Counted from the first letter of the stretch, positions 47,913 through 59,460 are shown. The stretch: DNA of 64,000 nucleotides from Klebsiella pneumoniae (GCA_943330855.2 CALQJI020000013.1:7237-71236), one strand, 5' to 3'. Notes: generated by a model not told the origin, from the sequence alone. A program made the numbers and translations.

Positions 47913-47953
47913 GAAAAAGAAAAAGCCGGACGCGGGTTAAACCAGCGTCCGGC
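47913..47953 (-). terminator. Rho-independent terminator of rpsU
   Basis: Minus strand: GCCGGACGC TGGTTTAACCC GCGTCCGGC, a 9-bp stem, followed by TTTTTCTTTTTC. Confidence 0.7.
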
Positions 47954-47970
47954 GTGAGGGGAGGAGGGCG

Positions 47971-48168
47971 TTACATATCAGCGTAACGCGCGCGGAGCAT
48001 AGCGGTGAACTTTGCCACTTTAAGTTTCTCGCGGCGCTTCTCGCTGGGCTTGGTGTAGCGGCGATGGCTGCGGACATCCTTAAGCGTGCCTTCGCGGTCG
48101 ATTTTCTTTTTCAACCGACGCAGTGCCTTTTCAACCGGCTCGCCTTTTTTGAGTTTAATTTCCGTCAA
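47971..48168 (-). CDS. rpsU: 30S ribosomal protein S21
   Basis: (M)TEIKLKKGEPVEKALRRLKKKIDREGTLKDVRSHRRYTKPSEKRREKLK.. from a TTG start at 48168. The ORF-track extension to 48276 is unlikely to be translated. Confidence 0.85.
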   Translation of the reverse strand: MTEIKLKKGEPVEKALRRLKKKIDREGTLKDVRSHRRYTKPSEKRREKLKVAKFTAMLRARYADM

Positions 48169-48332
48169 AACTATTTCACTTCCTTCCCAGTCAACTGCCC
48201 GGGGTTTGGACTGGCTAACTGCCAGTCCTGTCCGAGTCAGGGAGCGGCAGTCTAGGGAGCGGCGGGGGCCCGTCAACCGTCAAAACCAGCCGCCGTAAGC
48301 CCTACAAGCCCCTGGGCGCGACCGCAAGTTGG

Positions 48333-49187
48333 CTACGCCCGGCCCTTCGCCCTGAATGCCTGGATGGCTTCCGCCACCCGCGCCGCCTGCACTGTCTCGC
48401 GCACGTCATGCACGCGGAGCAGTTGCACCCCATCGCGCACGGCCAGCGCCGCGCAAGCCAGCGCGCCGGGCAGTCGCTCCATCGCGCTCTCGGTGTCGGT
48501 GATTTTGCCGAGGAAGGATTTGCGTGAGACTCCCAGCAGGACGGGCCGCTCGTGCCGCGTGAAGTGCGGCAGCGCGCCGAGCAGTTGCAGGTTGTGCTCC
48601 AACGTCTTGCCGAAGCCGATGCCGGGGTCGAGCACGACCTGCTCCCGCCGCACGCCGGACTGCTCCAACCGCGCGAGTTGTTCGGCGAAGAAATCGTCCA
48701 CCTCGCGCACCACGTCGGCGTAGGTCGGGCTTTGCTGCATCGTCGCTGGCGCGCCCTTCATGTGCATCACCACGTAGCCGGCGCGAAACTCAGCGACCAC
48801 GCGTGCCATCGCGTCGTCGGTGCGGTTAGCGGCGACGTCGTTGACAATGCTCGCGCCTGCCAACAACGCCGCCCGGGCGACCTCCGGCTTCTGCGTGTCA
48901 ATCGAGAGGGGCGTCTGCACCCGTACCGCGAGCCGCTGGATGACCGGGACGACGCGGCGGATTTCCTCCGCCGCCGGGACCGGAGCCGCGCCGGGCCGGG
49001 TGGATTCACCGCCCACATCCAGCAGATCAGCCCCCTCGCGCAGCAGTTGCCCGGCGCGCTCCAACGCCGCCTCGATGGAGAAAAACTGCCCGCCGTCCGA
49101 GAAGGAATCGGGCGTGACGTTCAGCACGCCCATCACGAGCGTGCGACGGGGGAAGCGGAACTCGTGTCTGCCAGCGCGCCAGAGCAT
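48333..49187 (-). CDS. folP: dihydropteroate synthase
   Basis: VMGVLNVTPDSFSDGG, LLDVGGESTRPGA, and the downstream pterin-binding motifs. Confidence 0.93.
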   Translation of the reverse strand: MLWRAGRHEFRFPRRTLVMGVLNVTPDSFSDGGQFFSIEAALERAGQLLREGADLLDVGGESTRPGAAPVPAAEEIRRVVPVIQRLAVRVQTPLSIDTQKPEVARAALLAGASIVNDVAANRTDDAMARVVAEFRAGYVVMHMKGAPATMQQSPTYADVVREVDDFFAEQLARLEQSGVRREQVVLDPGIGFGKTLEHNLQLLGALPHFTRHERPVLLGVSRKSFLGKITDTESAMERLPGALACAALAVRDGVQLLRVHDVRETVQAARVAEAIQAFRAKGRA

Positions 49188-49375
49188 GGGCGCAGTTCAG
49201 CACAGGCGCGGGACAGAGTCAGGGCCGAATCGCGAACTTTCAAAAACAGAAAGCCAACTCGCGAAGATGAAGCCCATCTCCGCCGTTGCCTTGCCGCGTT
49301 GCCCTCGGCATCGTCCCGTCGCGTTATGAACGCGAAGCTCCCCCCGATGGGTGCTGCTTTCGCCACCTGCACAGC

Positions 49376-49627
49376 ATGAAACCAACCCGCGTCCGCCTCT
49401 TCATCAAACCCTATTGCCCGTGGTGCTCGAAGGCCGAGGCTTGGCTCGACGCGCGCGATGTGGATTACGAAGTCGTCAATGTCATGGCCGACGACAAGGC
49501 TTACGACGAGATGGAGCGCCTCTCCGGCCAGACCTGCGCGCCCACCATTGAGGTGGATGGCAAGGTTCTCGGCGACTTCGGCCCTCCTGAAATCGAGGTG
49601 TGGTGGAAGAAGCACAACTTTGATTAG
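49376..49627 (+). CDS. glutaredoxin-like small redox protein
   Basis: MKPTRVRLFIKPYCPWCSKAEAWL (CPWC active site) and ..TCAPTIEVDGKVLGDF. 83 aa. Confidence 0.8.
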   Translation: MKPTRVRLFIKPYCPWCSKAEAWLDARDVDYEVVNVMADDKAYDEMERLSGQTCAPTIEVDGKVLGDFGPPEIEVWWKKHNFD

Positions 49628-49891
49628 CCACAGATGCACACAGATGAAACACAGATGGGGGAATTTCCTAATCGATCTCCGCTTCAACCCGAATTCCGAA
49701 ATGGAATAACCGCGAAAGGGCGCAAGGAGCGCGAACCCAAACTTCTGGCAAGAAATCGGACCGGGTTGAAATTTCCGCACTGCAATCAATTCTCCGCTCG
49801 GCTCCTGTGTGTTCTTTGCGCCCTTTCGCGGCTCAATTTCGGAATTCGGGTTCAAATCTGTGTTTCTTCTGTGTCCATCTGTGGCTAAAAA
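49624..49891. repeat. nested composite palindrome (family A outer arms, two further inverted repeats inside)
   Basis: Outer arms TTAGCCACAGATGCACACAGATGAAACACAGATG / ATCTGTGTTTCTTCTGTGTCCATCTGTGGCTAAAAAA. Middle arms TTCAACCCGAATTCCGAAAT / ATTTCGGAATTCGGGTTCAA. Inner family B arms AACCGCGAAAGGGCGCAAGGAGCGCGAA / TGTGTTCTTTGCGCCCTTTCGCGGCT. Confidence 0.85.
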
Positions 49892-50785
49892 ATGACCTCT
49901 CTCCTGCCCCCGACTACTCCGCGCCCGCGTCTCCCAGCGTGGCTCCGCCTCTCGCTGCCCACGAGCAGCGCGTTCACCAAGACGCGCGAACTGCTCGATG
50001 ACCTGCGCCTCCACACCGTCTGCGAGAGCGCCAAGTGTCCGAATCATTGGGAGTGCTGGAGCAAGGGCACGGCCACGTTCATGATCGCTGGCGACCGCTG
50101 CACGCGCGCGTGTGGCTTCTGCGCCGTCTCCACCGCCAAGCCGCTCGCACTCGAGGCCGATGAACCACAGCGCGTGGCCGAGGCAACCAAACGCATGGGC
50201 CTCAAGCACGTCGTCATCACCGCGGTGGCGCGCGACGACCTCGCCGACGGCGGTGCGGAGCATTTCCGGAAGACCATCGAGGCCACCCGCGCGGCCAACC
50301 CCGGCATCGTCATCGAAGTGCTGGTGCCCGACTTCCTCGACAAAGACGACGCCATCGAGGCCGTGCTCACGGCGAACCCGGAGATTTACAATCACAACCT
50401 CGAAACCGTCCGCCGCCTCACGCCCTCGGTCCGCCACCGCGCGACTTACGACCGCTCGCTCTCCGTGCTGGCGAAGGTGAAGGCGCGTCGGCCGGACATC
50501 TTCACCAAGTCCGGCATCATGCTGGGCCTCGGCGAAACCGAGGCCGAAGTCCTCACGGCGATGGAAGATTTGCGCCGCTCGAACTGCGACATCCTCACGC
50601 TGGGCCAATACCTCCAACCGACGCTGAAACATCTGCCGGTCGTGGCGTTCATCCACCCGGACAAATTCGCGGAACTCGGCGCGCGGGCGGAGACGCTGGG
50701 CTTCGTCCATGTGGCCAGCGGGCCGATGGTCCGCAGCAGCTACCACGCAGAAGAGTTCGCCCCGACCGCACAGACGACGACGTGA
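49892..50785 (+). CDS. lipA: lipoyl synthase
   Basis: CESAKCPNHWEC plus the radical-SAM motif CTRACGFCAV. Confidence 0.95.
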   Translation: MTSLLPPTTPRPRLPAWLRLSLPTSSAFTKTRELLDDLRLHTVCESAKCPNHWECWSKGTATFMIAGDRCTRACGFCAVSTAKPLALEADEPQRVAEATKRMGLKHVVITAVARDDLADGGAEHFRKTIEATRAANPGIVIEVLVPDFLDKDDAIEAVLTANPEIYNHNLETVRRLTPSVRHRATYDRSLSVLAKVKARRPDIFTKSGIMLGLGETEAEVLTAMEDLRRSNCDILTLGQYLQPTLKHLPVVAFIHPDKFAELGARAETLGFVHVASGPMVRSSYHAEEFAPTAQTTT

Positions 50786-50858
50786 GCAAACAAGACAGAA
50801 TGCGCCCAACCCACAGGTGCGCCTTGCCAACGCCCCTGCCCTGCGGGACAAACGCGGC

Positions 50859-51719
50859 GTGACCGTCTTCCTCAATGGCCGCTTCGTCCCCGAAGAACAG
50901 GCGCTCGTGTCCGTCTTCGACCGTGGCTTCCTCTACGGCGACGGCCTCTTCGAGACGCTGCGCGTGATGAACGGCGTGCCGTTGCGATGGGATGCGCACT
51001 GGCGGCGCTTCGCGATGGGCCTACTGCGGCTGAACCTCTCCGTGACGTGGCTGCCAGAATACCTCCGCGCCAACGCCGCCGACCTCAGCCACCACAACCA
51101 CCTGCCCGATGCGCTCCTGCGCCTCACCCTCTCGCGCGGCGTCGGCCAGCGCGGCTACTCACCGCGCGGAGCCGACTCGCCGACCTTCGTCATGTCGCTG
51201 CACCCCGCCCCCGTGTTGGCCGCCGAAGCGCCGCGCTCGAAACTCCACACCGCCTCGCTTCGACTGCCCGCAGGCGACTGGCTCTCCGCCTGCAAATCCG
51301 CGAACAAACTCCTGCACGTCCTCGCCCGCGCCGAGGCGGAAGCCGCCGGGGCCGACGAAGCCCTGCTCCTCAACCCGCGCGGCGAACTCGCCGAAGCCAC
51401 GAGCGCGAACCTCTTTTGGATTGAGGGAAACACCCTGCACACGCCGCCCCTTGCCTCCGGTGCGCTGCCCGGCGTCACGCGTGGCGACGTGCTCGCGCGG
51501 TGCCGCTCGCTAGGCATCGCCGCGCACGAGACCGCCGCCGACCTCGCGCGCCTGCTCCGTGGCAACGGTTGTTTCCTCACATCGAGCGCGCGTGGCGTGG
51601 TCGAGGTCAGCGCCCTGGATGGACAGGTAATTCCCGCCTCACCCCTCACCCAGCACATTCACACCGCACTGCTGGCGGCGTGGGCAGCCGAGGCACAGAG
51701 GGCGGAACTCAAACCGTAG
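50859..51719 (+). CDS. class IV aminotransferase, aminodeoxychorismate lyase-like
   Basis: (V)TVFLNGRFVPEEQALVSVFDRGFLYGDGLFETLRV.. A GTG start at 50859 or 50817. The assignment to PabC rather than Dat/IlvE is tentative; folP is nearby. Confidence 0.7.
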   Translation: MTVFLNGRFVPEEQALVSVFDRGFLYGDGLFETLRVMNGVPLRWDAHWRRFAMGLLRLNLSVTWLPEYLRANAADLSHHNHLPDALLRLTLSRGVGQRGYSPRGADSPTFVMSLHPAPVLAAEAPRSKLHTASLRLPAGDWLSACKSANKLLHVLARAEAEAAGADEALLLNPRGELAEATSANLFWIEGNTLHTPPLASGALPGVTRGDVLARCRSLGIAAHETAADLARLLRGNGCFLTSSARGVVEVSALDGQVIPASPLTQHIHTALLAAWAAEAQRAELKP

Positions 51720-51912
51720 AACACGACCGAGTGTGTTCCAGCCGCAATTCGGAACGCGGGCGTCCCACCCGCAGCAGACGCGCGAAGTCTGAAAACTGTG
51801 AGCTTTCACACCCGCGCGCGAATTACCCGCTGCGGCCTAGAAGTCCACGCTCCGGGGCAGTGCGCGGTGCCTGAGCTTGCGTGCGGGGCGCATCACCTTA
51901 CGCTCCGCCGCC

Positions 51913-52458
51913 ATGAGCATAGCAACTAGGACGGGGGACAACGGCACGACCGGGTTGATGTATAACCGCCGCGTGTCCAAGTGCCACCCGCGCGTGGAGG
52001 CCTACGGCACGGTGGATGAGTTGAACGCCTCACTGGGCCTCGCTCGCGCCTCGGCCTCGCACGAATTCGTCAGCAGCAGCCTGCTTATCATCCAGCACGA
52101 CCTCGTCACGCTGATGGGCGAACTCGCGACCGGCACCGAGGACTTGCCTCGCTACGCAAAGGGCGGGTTCACACTCGTGGGCGCTGAACTCACATCGAAG
52201 CTCGACAAGTGGGTCGCAGAAATCGAGGCGCAGAGTGTCACGTTCAAAGGCTGGGCCACGCCCGGCGCGACGCTTCACAGCGCGGCGCTCGATGTGGCCC
52301 GCACCGTTTGCCGACGTGCCGAGCGACGCGTGTGCGCGCTGCACGAAGCGGGACAATTGGAGAACCCAGAAATCATCATCTACCTCAACCGGCTCGCGGA
52401 CTTGCTCTGGCTCTTCGCGCGCTGGGTGGAGACAAAATCAGGTGTGGTAAAAGCCTGA
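51913..52458 (+). CDS. PduO-type ATP:cob(I)alamin adenosyltransferase
   Basis: MSIATRTGDNGTTGLMYNRRVSKCHPRVEAYGTVDELNASLG.., typical of the MMAB/PduO family. Confidence 0.88.
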   Translation: MSIATRTGDNGTTGLMYNRRVSKCHPRVEAYGTVDELNASLGLARASASHEFVSSSLLIIQHDLVTLMGELATGTEDLPRYAKGGFTLVGAELTSKLDKWVAEIEAQSVTFKGWATPGATLHSAALDVARTVCRRAERRVCALHEAGQLENPEIIIYLNRLADLLWLFARWVETKSGVVKA

Positions 52459-52519
52459 GCCCAGGCGCTTCACCTGAAGCTGACTCCGCCTCCAAGCCAC
52501 GACCCTCTCCATGAACCTC

Positions 52520-52591
52520 GTAGCCGCCGAGGTAAGGAGGCGGATGCAACTGCGCTCGGACAGCTCCGCCTCCTCACCTCGGCAGGGCTAC
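52520..52591. repeat. family C palindromic element
   Basis: GTAGCCGCCGAGGTAAGGAGGCGGA .. TCCGCCTCCTCACCTCGGCAGGGCTAC. Confidence 0.85.
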
Positions 52592-52608
52592 CGATGCGGT
52601 GGCTTCTC

Positions 52609-54054
52609 TCACGCCAGCGCCCGCTGATAGACCCGCGTGTAAGCCTCCGTCGTTCGGCCCCACGAGAAGTCCGCCGTCATGCCGTTGTGGCGCATCTGGT
52701 CTAGCAGCGCCGGGGTTTGGTAGAGCACGAGGGCCTTGCGAATGGCGTTGGCGAGGGCGCGCGACGTGAACTCGGTGAACTTGATGCCGTCGGCGCGCTC
52801 TTCGTTGTCGGTCAGGTCCACCACGGAGTCGTCCAGCCCGCCGGTGCGGCGCACGATGGGAATCGCGCCGTAGCGCAGCGAATACATCTGGTTCAACCCA
52901 CACGGCTCGAAGCGCGAGGGCATCAGGAAGAAGTCGCACGCGGCCTCGATACGGTGCGAGAGCGCGTGGTCGTAGCCGATGCGCGCGACGACTTTGGTCG
53001 GGTAACGGCGCGCGAGGTTTTGGTAGCCGCGCTGGAGGTTCGGGTCGCCGCTGCCGAGGAGGACGAACTGCATTTCCGTCGCGAGCATTTCTTCCAGCGC
53101 AGCGAGCAGGATGTCCACTCCCTTCTGGTCCGCGAGGCGCGTGACGGTGGCGAAGAGCGGCACGTCCGCGCGCATGGGCAAGCCCAGTTCGCGCTGGAGG
53201 TCGTGCTTGGTCGCGGCCTTGCCGGCCATCTTGCGGTAGGAATACGGGTGGCGCAGGTGGAGGTTCCGGTGCGTGCTCCACTCGTCGTAATCCACGCCGT
53301 TGAGGATGCCCACGAGGCGGTCTTGCCGCATTCGAAGCCGGTCGTCCAAGCCGCAGCCATAGGCCTCGGTGCAAATCTCGCGGGCGTAGCGCGGGCTGAC
53401 GGTCGTGAGCAAGTCGGAGTAGATGATGGCCGCCTTGAGGCAGTTCAGGTCGCCGTAAAACTCCACGCCCGCTGGGGTGAAGTAGTCGAGCGGCAGGTTC
53501 GTGAGTGCGAAGGCGGAGGCCGGGAAACGCCCTTGATACGCGAGGTTGTGAATCGTCAGGACGGTCCTCGGCGCACGCCAGCCAGTGCGGTGCGCCTCGT
53601 GCCGGAGCAGCGCTGGCACCAACCCGGCCTGCCAGTCGTGGACGTGGACGATGTCGAACGGCCCATTCGGCTGGAGGTGCGCGAACTGCACGACGGCCTT
53701 CGCGAAGAAGATGAAGCGCTGCGGGTTGTCGGGGTAGTCGGTGTTGTTCTCCCCGTAGAGCGCGAGCCGGTGGAAGTAATCGCGCTGGTCGACAAAGCAG
53801 ACCTTGAGCCGCTCGTTCAAGCGCAACTCCGCGATGCCCGCCTGCACGCGCGTCGGCCCGAGCGGCACGTCGATGTGCCAGTCGGTGGCTCGCAGCTCCG
53901 TGAAGCGCTCGCGGATGCCACGATAAAGCGGCGTGACGATGGTCACGTCGTGCCCCGCCGCCGCGAGCGCCTTGCCCAGCGCGCCGACCATGTCAGCGAG
54001 GCCGCCGGTCTTGGAGAACGGATGAACTTCGCTGCTGGCGAGGAGAACTTTCAT
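52609..54054 (-). CDS. glgA: glycogen synthase
   Basis: MKVLLASSEVHPFSKTGGLADMVGALGKAL (KTGGL motif). GT5 body. Start chosen at 54054. Confidence 0.93.
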   Translation of the reverse strand: MKVLLASSEVHPFSKTGGLADMVGALGKALAAAGHDVTIVTPLYRGIRERFTELRATDWHIDVPLGPTRVQAGIAELRLNERLKVCFVDQRDYFHRLALYGENNTDYPDNPQRFIFFAKAVVQFAHLQPNGPFDIVHVHDWQAGLVPALLRHEAHRTGWRAPRTVLTIHNLAYQGRFPASAFALTNLPLDYFTPAGVEFYGDLNCLKAAIIYSDLLTTVSPRYAREICTEAYGCGLDDRLRMRQDRLVGILNGVDYDEWSTHRNLHLRHPYSYRKMAGKAATKHDLQRELGLPMRADVPLFATVTRLADQKGVDILLAALEEMLATEMQFVLLGSGDPNLQRGYQNLARRYPTKVVARIGYDHALSHRIEAACDFFLMPSRFEPCGLNQMYSLRYGAIPIVRRTGGLDDSVVDLTDNEERADGIKFTEFTSRALANAIRKALVLYQTPALLDQMRHNGMTADFSWGRTTEAYTRVYQRALA

Positions 54055-54083
54055 GGCATGCGGAATGCCGGGGCAATGGAGCA

Positions 54084-54129
54084 CGGACGCCCAGGTCCGT
54101 AACCGGTGCTGCGGACGTGGGCGTCCGCG
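54084..54129. repeat. family G palindromic element
   Basis: CACGGACGCCCAGGTCCG .. GCGGACGTGGGCGTCCGCG, followed at ~54151-54178 by heptamers CCATTCG/CCATTCC. Confidence 0.8.
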
Positions 54130-54181
54130 CTACTGGAAGCGGGCCGATTTCCCATTCGCCATTCCCCATTCGCCATTCTCT

Positions 54182-55486
54182 TCACGCGGTGATGCGCTCC
54201 GCGCCACGCAGGTAGGGCCGCAACGGCTCCGGTATCAGCACGCTGCCATCCGCCTGCTGATACGTCTCGATGAGCGCGACGAAGAGACGGGCGAGCGCAG
54301 TGCCCGAGCCGTTGAGCAAGTGCGGAAACTGGTTCACGCCCTTGTCGTCCTTGAAGCGGAGGTTCATCCGGCGGGCTTGATACTCGTCCGTGTTCGAGCA
54401 GCTCGACACTTCGAGATAACTCCCCTGCCCCGGCGCCCAGACCTCGATGTCGTAAGTCTTCGCGCTGGCGAAGCCCATGTCGCCCGTGCAGAGCAGCACG
54501 ATGCGATAATGGAGGCCGAGGAGTTGCAGCACCTTCTCCGCGTTCGCCACCAGTTTCTCCAACTCGTCGTAGCCGTGCTCGGGCTTCACGATTTTCACCA
54601 GCTCGACCTTGTCGAACTGATGCACGCGAATCATCCCGCGCGTGCCCACGCCCGCCGCGCCCGCCTCCGCGCGGAAGCACGGGCTGTAAGCGCAGTAGTA
54701 AATCGGGAGCTGGCTGGCCGGGAGAATCTCCTCGCGATGGATGTTCGCCACCGGAGCCTCGGCGGTCGGGAGCAAGTAGAGTTTGCCCAGCGAGGACTCA
54801 TCCAGCCCCTCGCGCACCGCGTAAGCCTGGTCCTCGAACTTCGGAAACTGCCCCACGCCCACCATGCAGTCGCGGCTGACGATGTGCGGCGGCGCCACTT
54901 CCGTGTAGCCGTGCTGCGTCGTATGCAGGTCGAGTAGGAACTGAATCAGCGCCCGCTCCAGCCGCGCGCCCCAGTTCGTGTAAAGCAGGAAGCCGCTGCC
55001 GGAGAGCTTCACGCCGCGCGCAAAGTCCACGAGCTTGAGCGACTCGCACAGCTCGACATGCGACTTGGGTTGGAAGGCGAACTCCGGCTTCGTGCCCCAG
55101 TGCTTCACCTCGGGGTTATCGGCGGCGGAAGTGCCCAGCGGCACGGAGGGGTGCGGCGGGTTCGGCAGGCGGATGAGAATGGCATCGCGCGCGGCCTCGG
55201 TCTCGGCGGCAGTCTTGTCGAGCGCGGCGATTTGGTCGCCGAGCGTGCGGGTCTCGGCCTTCTTGGCCTCGGCCTCGGCGAGCTTCTTCTGGCCCATGAG
55301 CGCGCCGATTTCCTTGGAGACCTTGTTGCGGAGCGCCTTCAAGTCCTCGACCTGCTTGAGCGCTGTGCGCCGCTGCTCGTCGAGCTGGAGCACCTCGTCA
55401 ATCTTCACGTCGTCCGCCCCGCCCCGGGCCGCGAGCCGTTGCTTCACCAACTCCGGCTGTTCCCGAATCCATTTGATGTCAATCAC
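54182..55486 (-). CDS. serS: seryl-tRNA synthetase
   Basis: (V)IDIKWIREQPELVKQRLAARG.. coiled-coil arm, then class II motifs (..FRAEAG.., ..GSGTALARL..). A GTG start at 55486 is preferred over the long ORF start. Confidence 0.93.
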   Translation of the reverse strand: MIDIKWIREQPELVKQRLAARGGADDVKIDEVLQLDEQRRTALKQVEDLKALRNKVSKEIGALMGQKKLAEAEAKKAETRTLGDQIAALDKTAAETEAARDAILIRLPNPPHPSVPLGTSAADNPEVKHWGTKPEFAFQPKSHVELCESLKLVDFARGVKLSGSGFLLYTNWGARLERALIQFLLDLHTTQHGYTEVAPPHIVSRDCMVGVGQFPKFEDQAYAVREGLDESSLGKLYLLPTAEAPVANIHREEILPASQLPIYYCAYSPCFRAEAGAAGVGTRGMIRVHQFDKVELVKIVKPEHGYDELEKLVANAEKVLQLLGLHYRIVLLCTGDMGFASAKTYDIEVWAPGQGSYLEVSSCSNTDEYQARRMNLRFKDDKGVNQFPHLLNGSGTALARLFVALIETYQQADGSVLIPEPLRPYLRGAERITA

Positions 55487-55662
55487 GCGGGTGGTTGTAA
55501 GGAAGTGGCGAGGGAGGGGCAAGGCGGGAGTGGGGCTGAAGCGTTGAAGAGTTAAAGGGTTGAAGAGTGGCTGCTGCAACCGGCACCGCTTCCACTGTTC
55601 ATCGCTTCAACTCACTTTCCCCTCGCCCCTCCCTCGCCCCACCACAACACTCCGCGCCGCTC

Positions 55663-56538
55663 GTGAAACCCGTTCACCTCACCCTGCTCCTGCTGTTCAA
55701 CGTCTTCTGGGCCGTCTCGCTCTCCGCGATTCAGGCGCTCAAGCCGCATCTGGACTACGGCGGCATCGCCACGCTGCGCTTCGGCGGCGCGGCGGTGAGC
55801 CTGCTGCTGGTCTGGCCGTGGCTGCCGGGCGCGACGCCGCGCGGCCGTGACTTCTGGGTGTCCTCGCTCATGGGCGTCATCGTCTTCACCGTCGGCCATC
55901 GGCTGCAAGTGAGCGGCAACCTCCTCGGTTCCGCTGGCAACTGCGCCGTGCTCATGGCCGTGGAACCGCTCCTCACCGCCGTGGCCGCCGCCATCTTCCT
56001 CCGCGAACACATCGCGCCCCAAAGCTGGTTCGGCTTCAGCCTCGGCATCGTCGGCGTCGCGCTGCTGAACCGCGTCTGGGCTCCCGACTTCAAGTGGGCC
56101 GGGCTGACCGCGAGCGCGCTCTTCATCGCCTCGTTCCTTAGCGAAGCCGCCTACTCCATCATGGGCAAGCCGCTCCTCGACCGCGCCGGGCCGATGAAGA
56201 TTCTCGCCGTGTCGCTGGTCGCCGGCACGCTGGCGAACCTCGCCATTGACGGCCCCACCACGCTCGCCGCCGCCGCCAAGCTGCCCGCCAGCGCGTGGGC
56301 GTGGGTCGCCTTCCTCTCCCTCATCTGCACCAGCCTCGGCTACGGCCTCTGGCTCGTGGTTATCCGCGAGACGGACGTGAACGTCACCGCCATGACCATC
56401 CTCGCGCAACCCGTCGCGGGCGTGCCCGTGGCCGTGCTCTGGCTGGGCGAACCGCTGCACGCCGGCCACCTCTGGGGCAGCCTCGCCATCGTGGTGGGCT
56501 TGGCCATCGGCCTCTATGCGAAGCCGCGCGCCCCGTAG
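55663..56538 (+). CDS. EamA/DMT-family transporter
   Basis: Ten hydrophobic segments in two EamA-like halves. The start (GTG 55663) is uncertain. Confidence 0.8.
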   Translation: MKPVHLTLLLLFNVFWAVSLSAIQALKPHLDYGGIATLRFGGAAVSLLLVWPWLPGATPRGRDFWVSSLMGVIVFTVGHRLQVSGNLLGSAGNCAVLMAVEPLLTAVAAAIFLREHIAPQSWFGFSLGIVGVALLNRVWAPDFKWAGLTASALFIASFLSEAAYSIMGKPLLDRAGPMKILAVSLVAGTLANLAIDGPTTLAAAAKLPASAWAWVAFLSLICTSLGYGLWLVVIRETDVNVTAMTILAQPVAGVPVAVLWLGEPLHAGHLWGSLAIVVGLAIGLYAKPRAP

Positions 56539-56660
56539 TCGCAGGCTTCAGCCTGCGCTTCGGTCCGTCGCGGCGGTCTGTGCCCGCCATTTGCGCAACT
56601 CGGCGCTCACAGAGCGCCGCTACAGGTTCTGATTCGCAACCTGAAGGTTGCGACTACGGG
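56531..56660. repeat. family E palindromic element
   Basis: CCCCGTAGTCGCAGGCTTCAGCCTGCG ... TTCGCAACCTGAAGGTTGCGACTACGGG. The left arm contains the TAG stop of the EamA gene. Confidence 0.85.
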
Positions 56661-56733
56661 TGATTGGCGGCATTGGCAACGCCTGGTGGTTGACCGTTTT
56701 CCCCCACGGCGACTACGCTCGCCGCCACTCGCT

Positions 56734-57900
56734 ATGAAAACCTGCCTCCTCGTTTGTTTGTCCCTCACCGCCTCCGCCCTCGCCGCCGAGCCGCCACTGC
56801 CCAAGTTCCGCGCGCAGGACATTGATACCGCCGTGAACATCGGCTACGGCATCGCCATCGCCGACGTGGATGGCGATGGCAAACCCGACATCCTCCTCGC
56901 CGACAAGAACACCATCCAGTGGTATCAGAACCCCACGTGGAAGAAGCACGTCATCGCCGAGAACCTCACCCCGGCGGACAACGTCTGCATCGCCGCACAG
57001 GACATTGACGGCGACGGCAAGTGCGAGGTCGCCGTCGGCGCGGGCTGGAACCCCGGCGAGACCACCGACGCGACCAAGAGCGGCGCGGTCTTCTATCTCG
57101 TCGCGCCGGCGGACCGCACCCAGAAGTGGACCGCCATCCCGCTCCACCACGAGCCGACCGTTCACCGCATGCACTGGGTCAAAGCCCCCGCCGGCCAGTG
57201 GGAACTCATCGTCAAGCCCCTCCACGGACGCGGCAACAAAGCCAATGCCGGCGACGGCAGCAAGGTCTTCGCCTACACCAAGCCCGCCGACCCGAAGACC
57301 CCGTGGAAGACTTCGCTCGTCAGCGACTTCACCCACGCCAGCCACAATTTCCATCCCATCAACTGGGACGCTGACCCGGAGCACGAACTCGTGACCGGCG
57401 CGAAGGAAGGCGTCTTCTGGTTTGGCCGCAGCACCGGCGAGTGGAAGAAGAAACAAATCTCCGACCAATGGACCGGCGAAGTCCGCGACGGTAAGCTCCC
57501 GAACGGCACGCGCTTCCTGGCCACCATCGAGCCGATGCACGGCACCACCAGCGCCCTCTACACTCAGCCCGCTGGCAAAGGCCTCTGGCCCCGCCTCGTC
57601 CTCGACGACTCGCTCAAGGACGGCCACGCCATCGCCGTGAACGACTTCCTCGGCGTGGGCAGCGACCAGATTGCAGTGGGCTGGCGCGGCATGACCCCGA
57701 AAGCCGTCCCCGGCGTGCGCCTGCTCACGCCCTTGGACAAAGAGGGCAAAACATGGCGCAAGACCGACCTCTCCGGCGCGGAAGTGGCCATCGAAGACAT
57801 GAAGTCCGCCGACCTCAACGGCGACGGCAAGCCCGACCTAATCCTCGCTGGACGCGCGACGAAGAACCTGCGCGTGCTGTGGAATGAGACGGGGAAGTGA
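56734..57900 (+). CDS. secreted FG-GAP/VCBS repeat protein
   Basis: Signal peptide MKTCLLVCLSLTASALA. Repeats IADVDGDGKPDILLAD, AQDIDGDGKCEVAVG, SADLNGDGKPDLILAG. Confidence 0.8.
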   Translation: MKTCLLVCLSLTASALAAEPPLPKFRAQDIDTAVNIGYGIAIADVDGDGKPDILLADKNTIQWYQNPTWKKHVIAENLTPADNVCIAAQDIDGDGKCEVAVGAGWNPGETTDATKSGAVFYLVAPADRTQKWTAIPLHHEPTVHRMHWVKAPAGQWELIVKPLHGRGNKANAGDGSKVFAYTKPADPKTPWKTSLVSDFTHASHNFHPINWDADPEHELVTGAKEGVFWFGRSTGEWKKKQISDQWTGEVRDGKLPNGTRFLATIEPMHGTTSALYTQPAGKGLWPRLVLDDSLKDGHAIAVNDFLGVGSDQIAVGWRGMTPKAVPGVRLLTPLDKEGKTWRKTDLSGAEVAIEDMKSADLNGDGKPDLILAGRATKNLRVLWNETGK

Positions 57901-58191
57901 ACTGTTAGACCAGCTCCCCCCGTCATGTGAGGAGAGCCGGCGTGGCCGCGTCGTCTTCCGGCGTGCGTCGCGCAGCGCCCGCAGCGGTCGAACATTCTCC
58001 CTCTCCCAGCGGGAGAGGGCCAGGGTGAGGGTGAAAGCGTGCGGCGGCTCATCGGCTGCGGATTCACTGCGGATTCACTCACCCTGCAAGAAACTGAGAG
58101 GCGCCCGGGTGCCTGCCACCCACACTTTCTGCTTTTCACTCCCGAGGCGTTGCCCTTTAGTCCCGCCCTGTTTTGAACTAAAATCGAACCC

Positions 58192-59442
<1,251 letters not shown>

Positions 59443-59460
59443 TCGATTCAGTTTCTCCAC

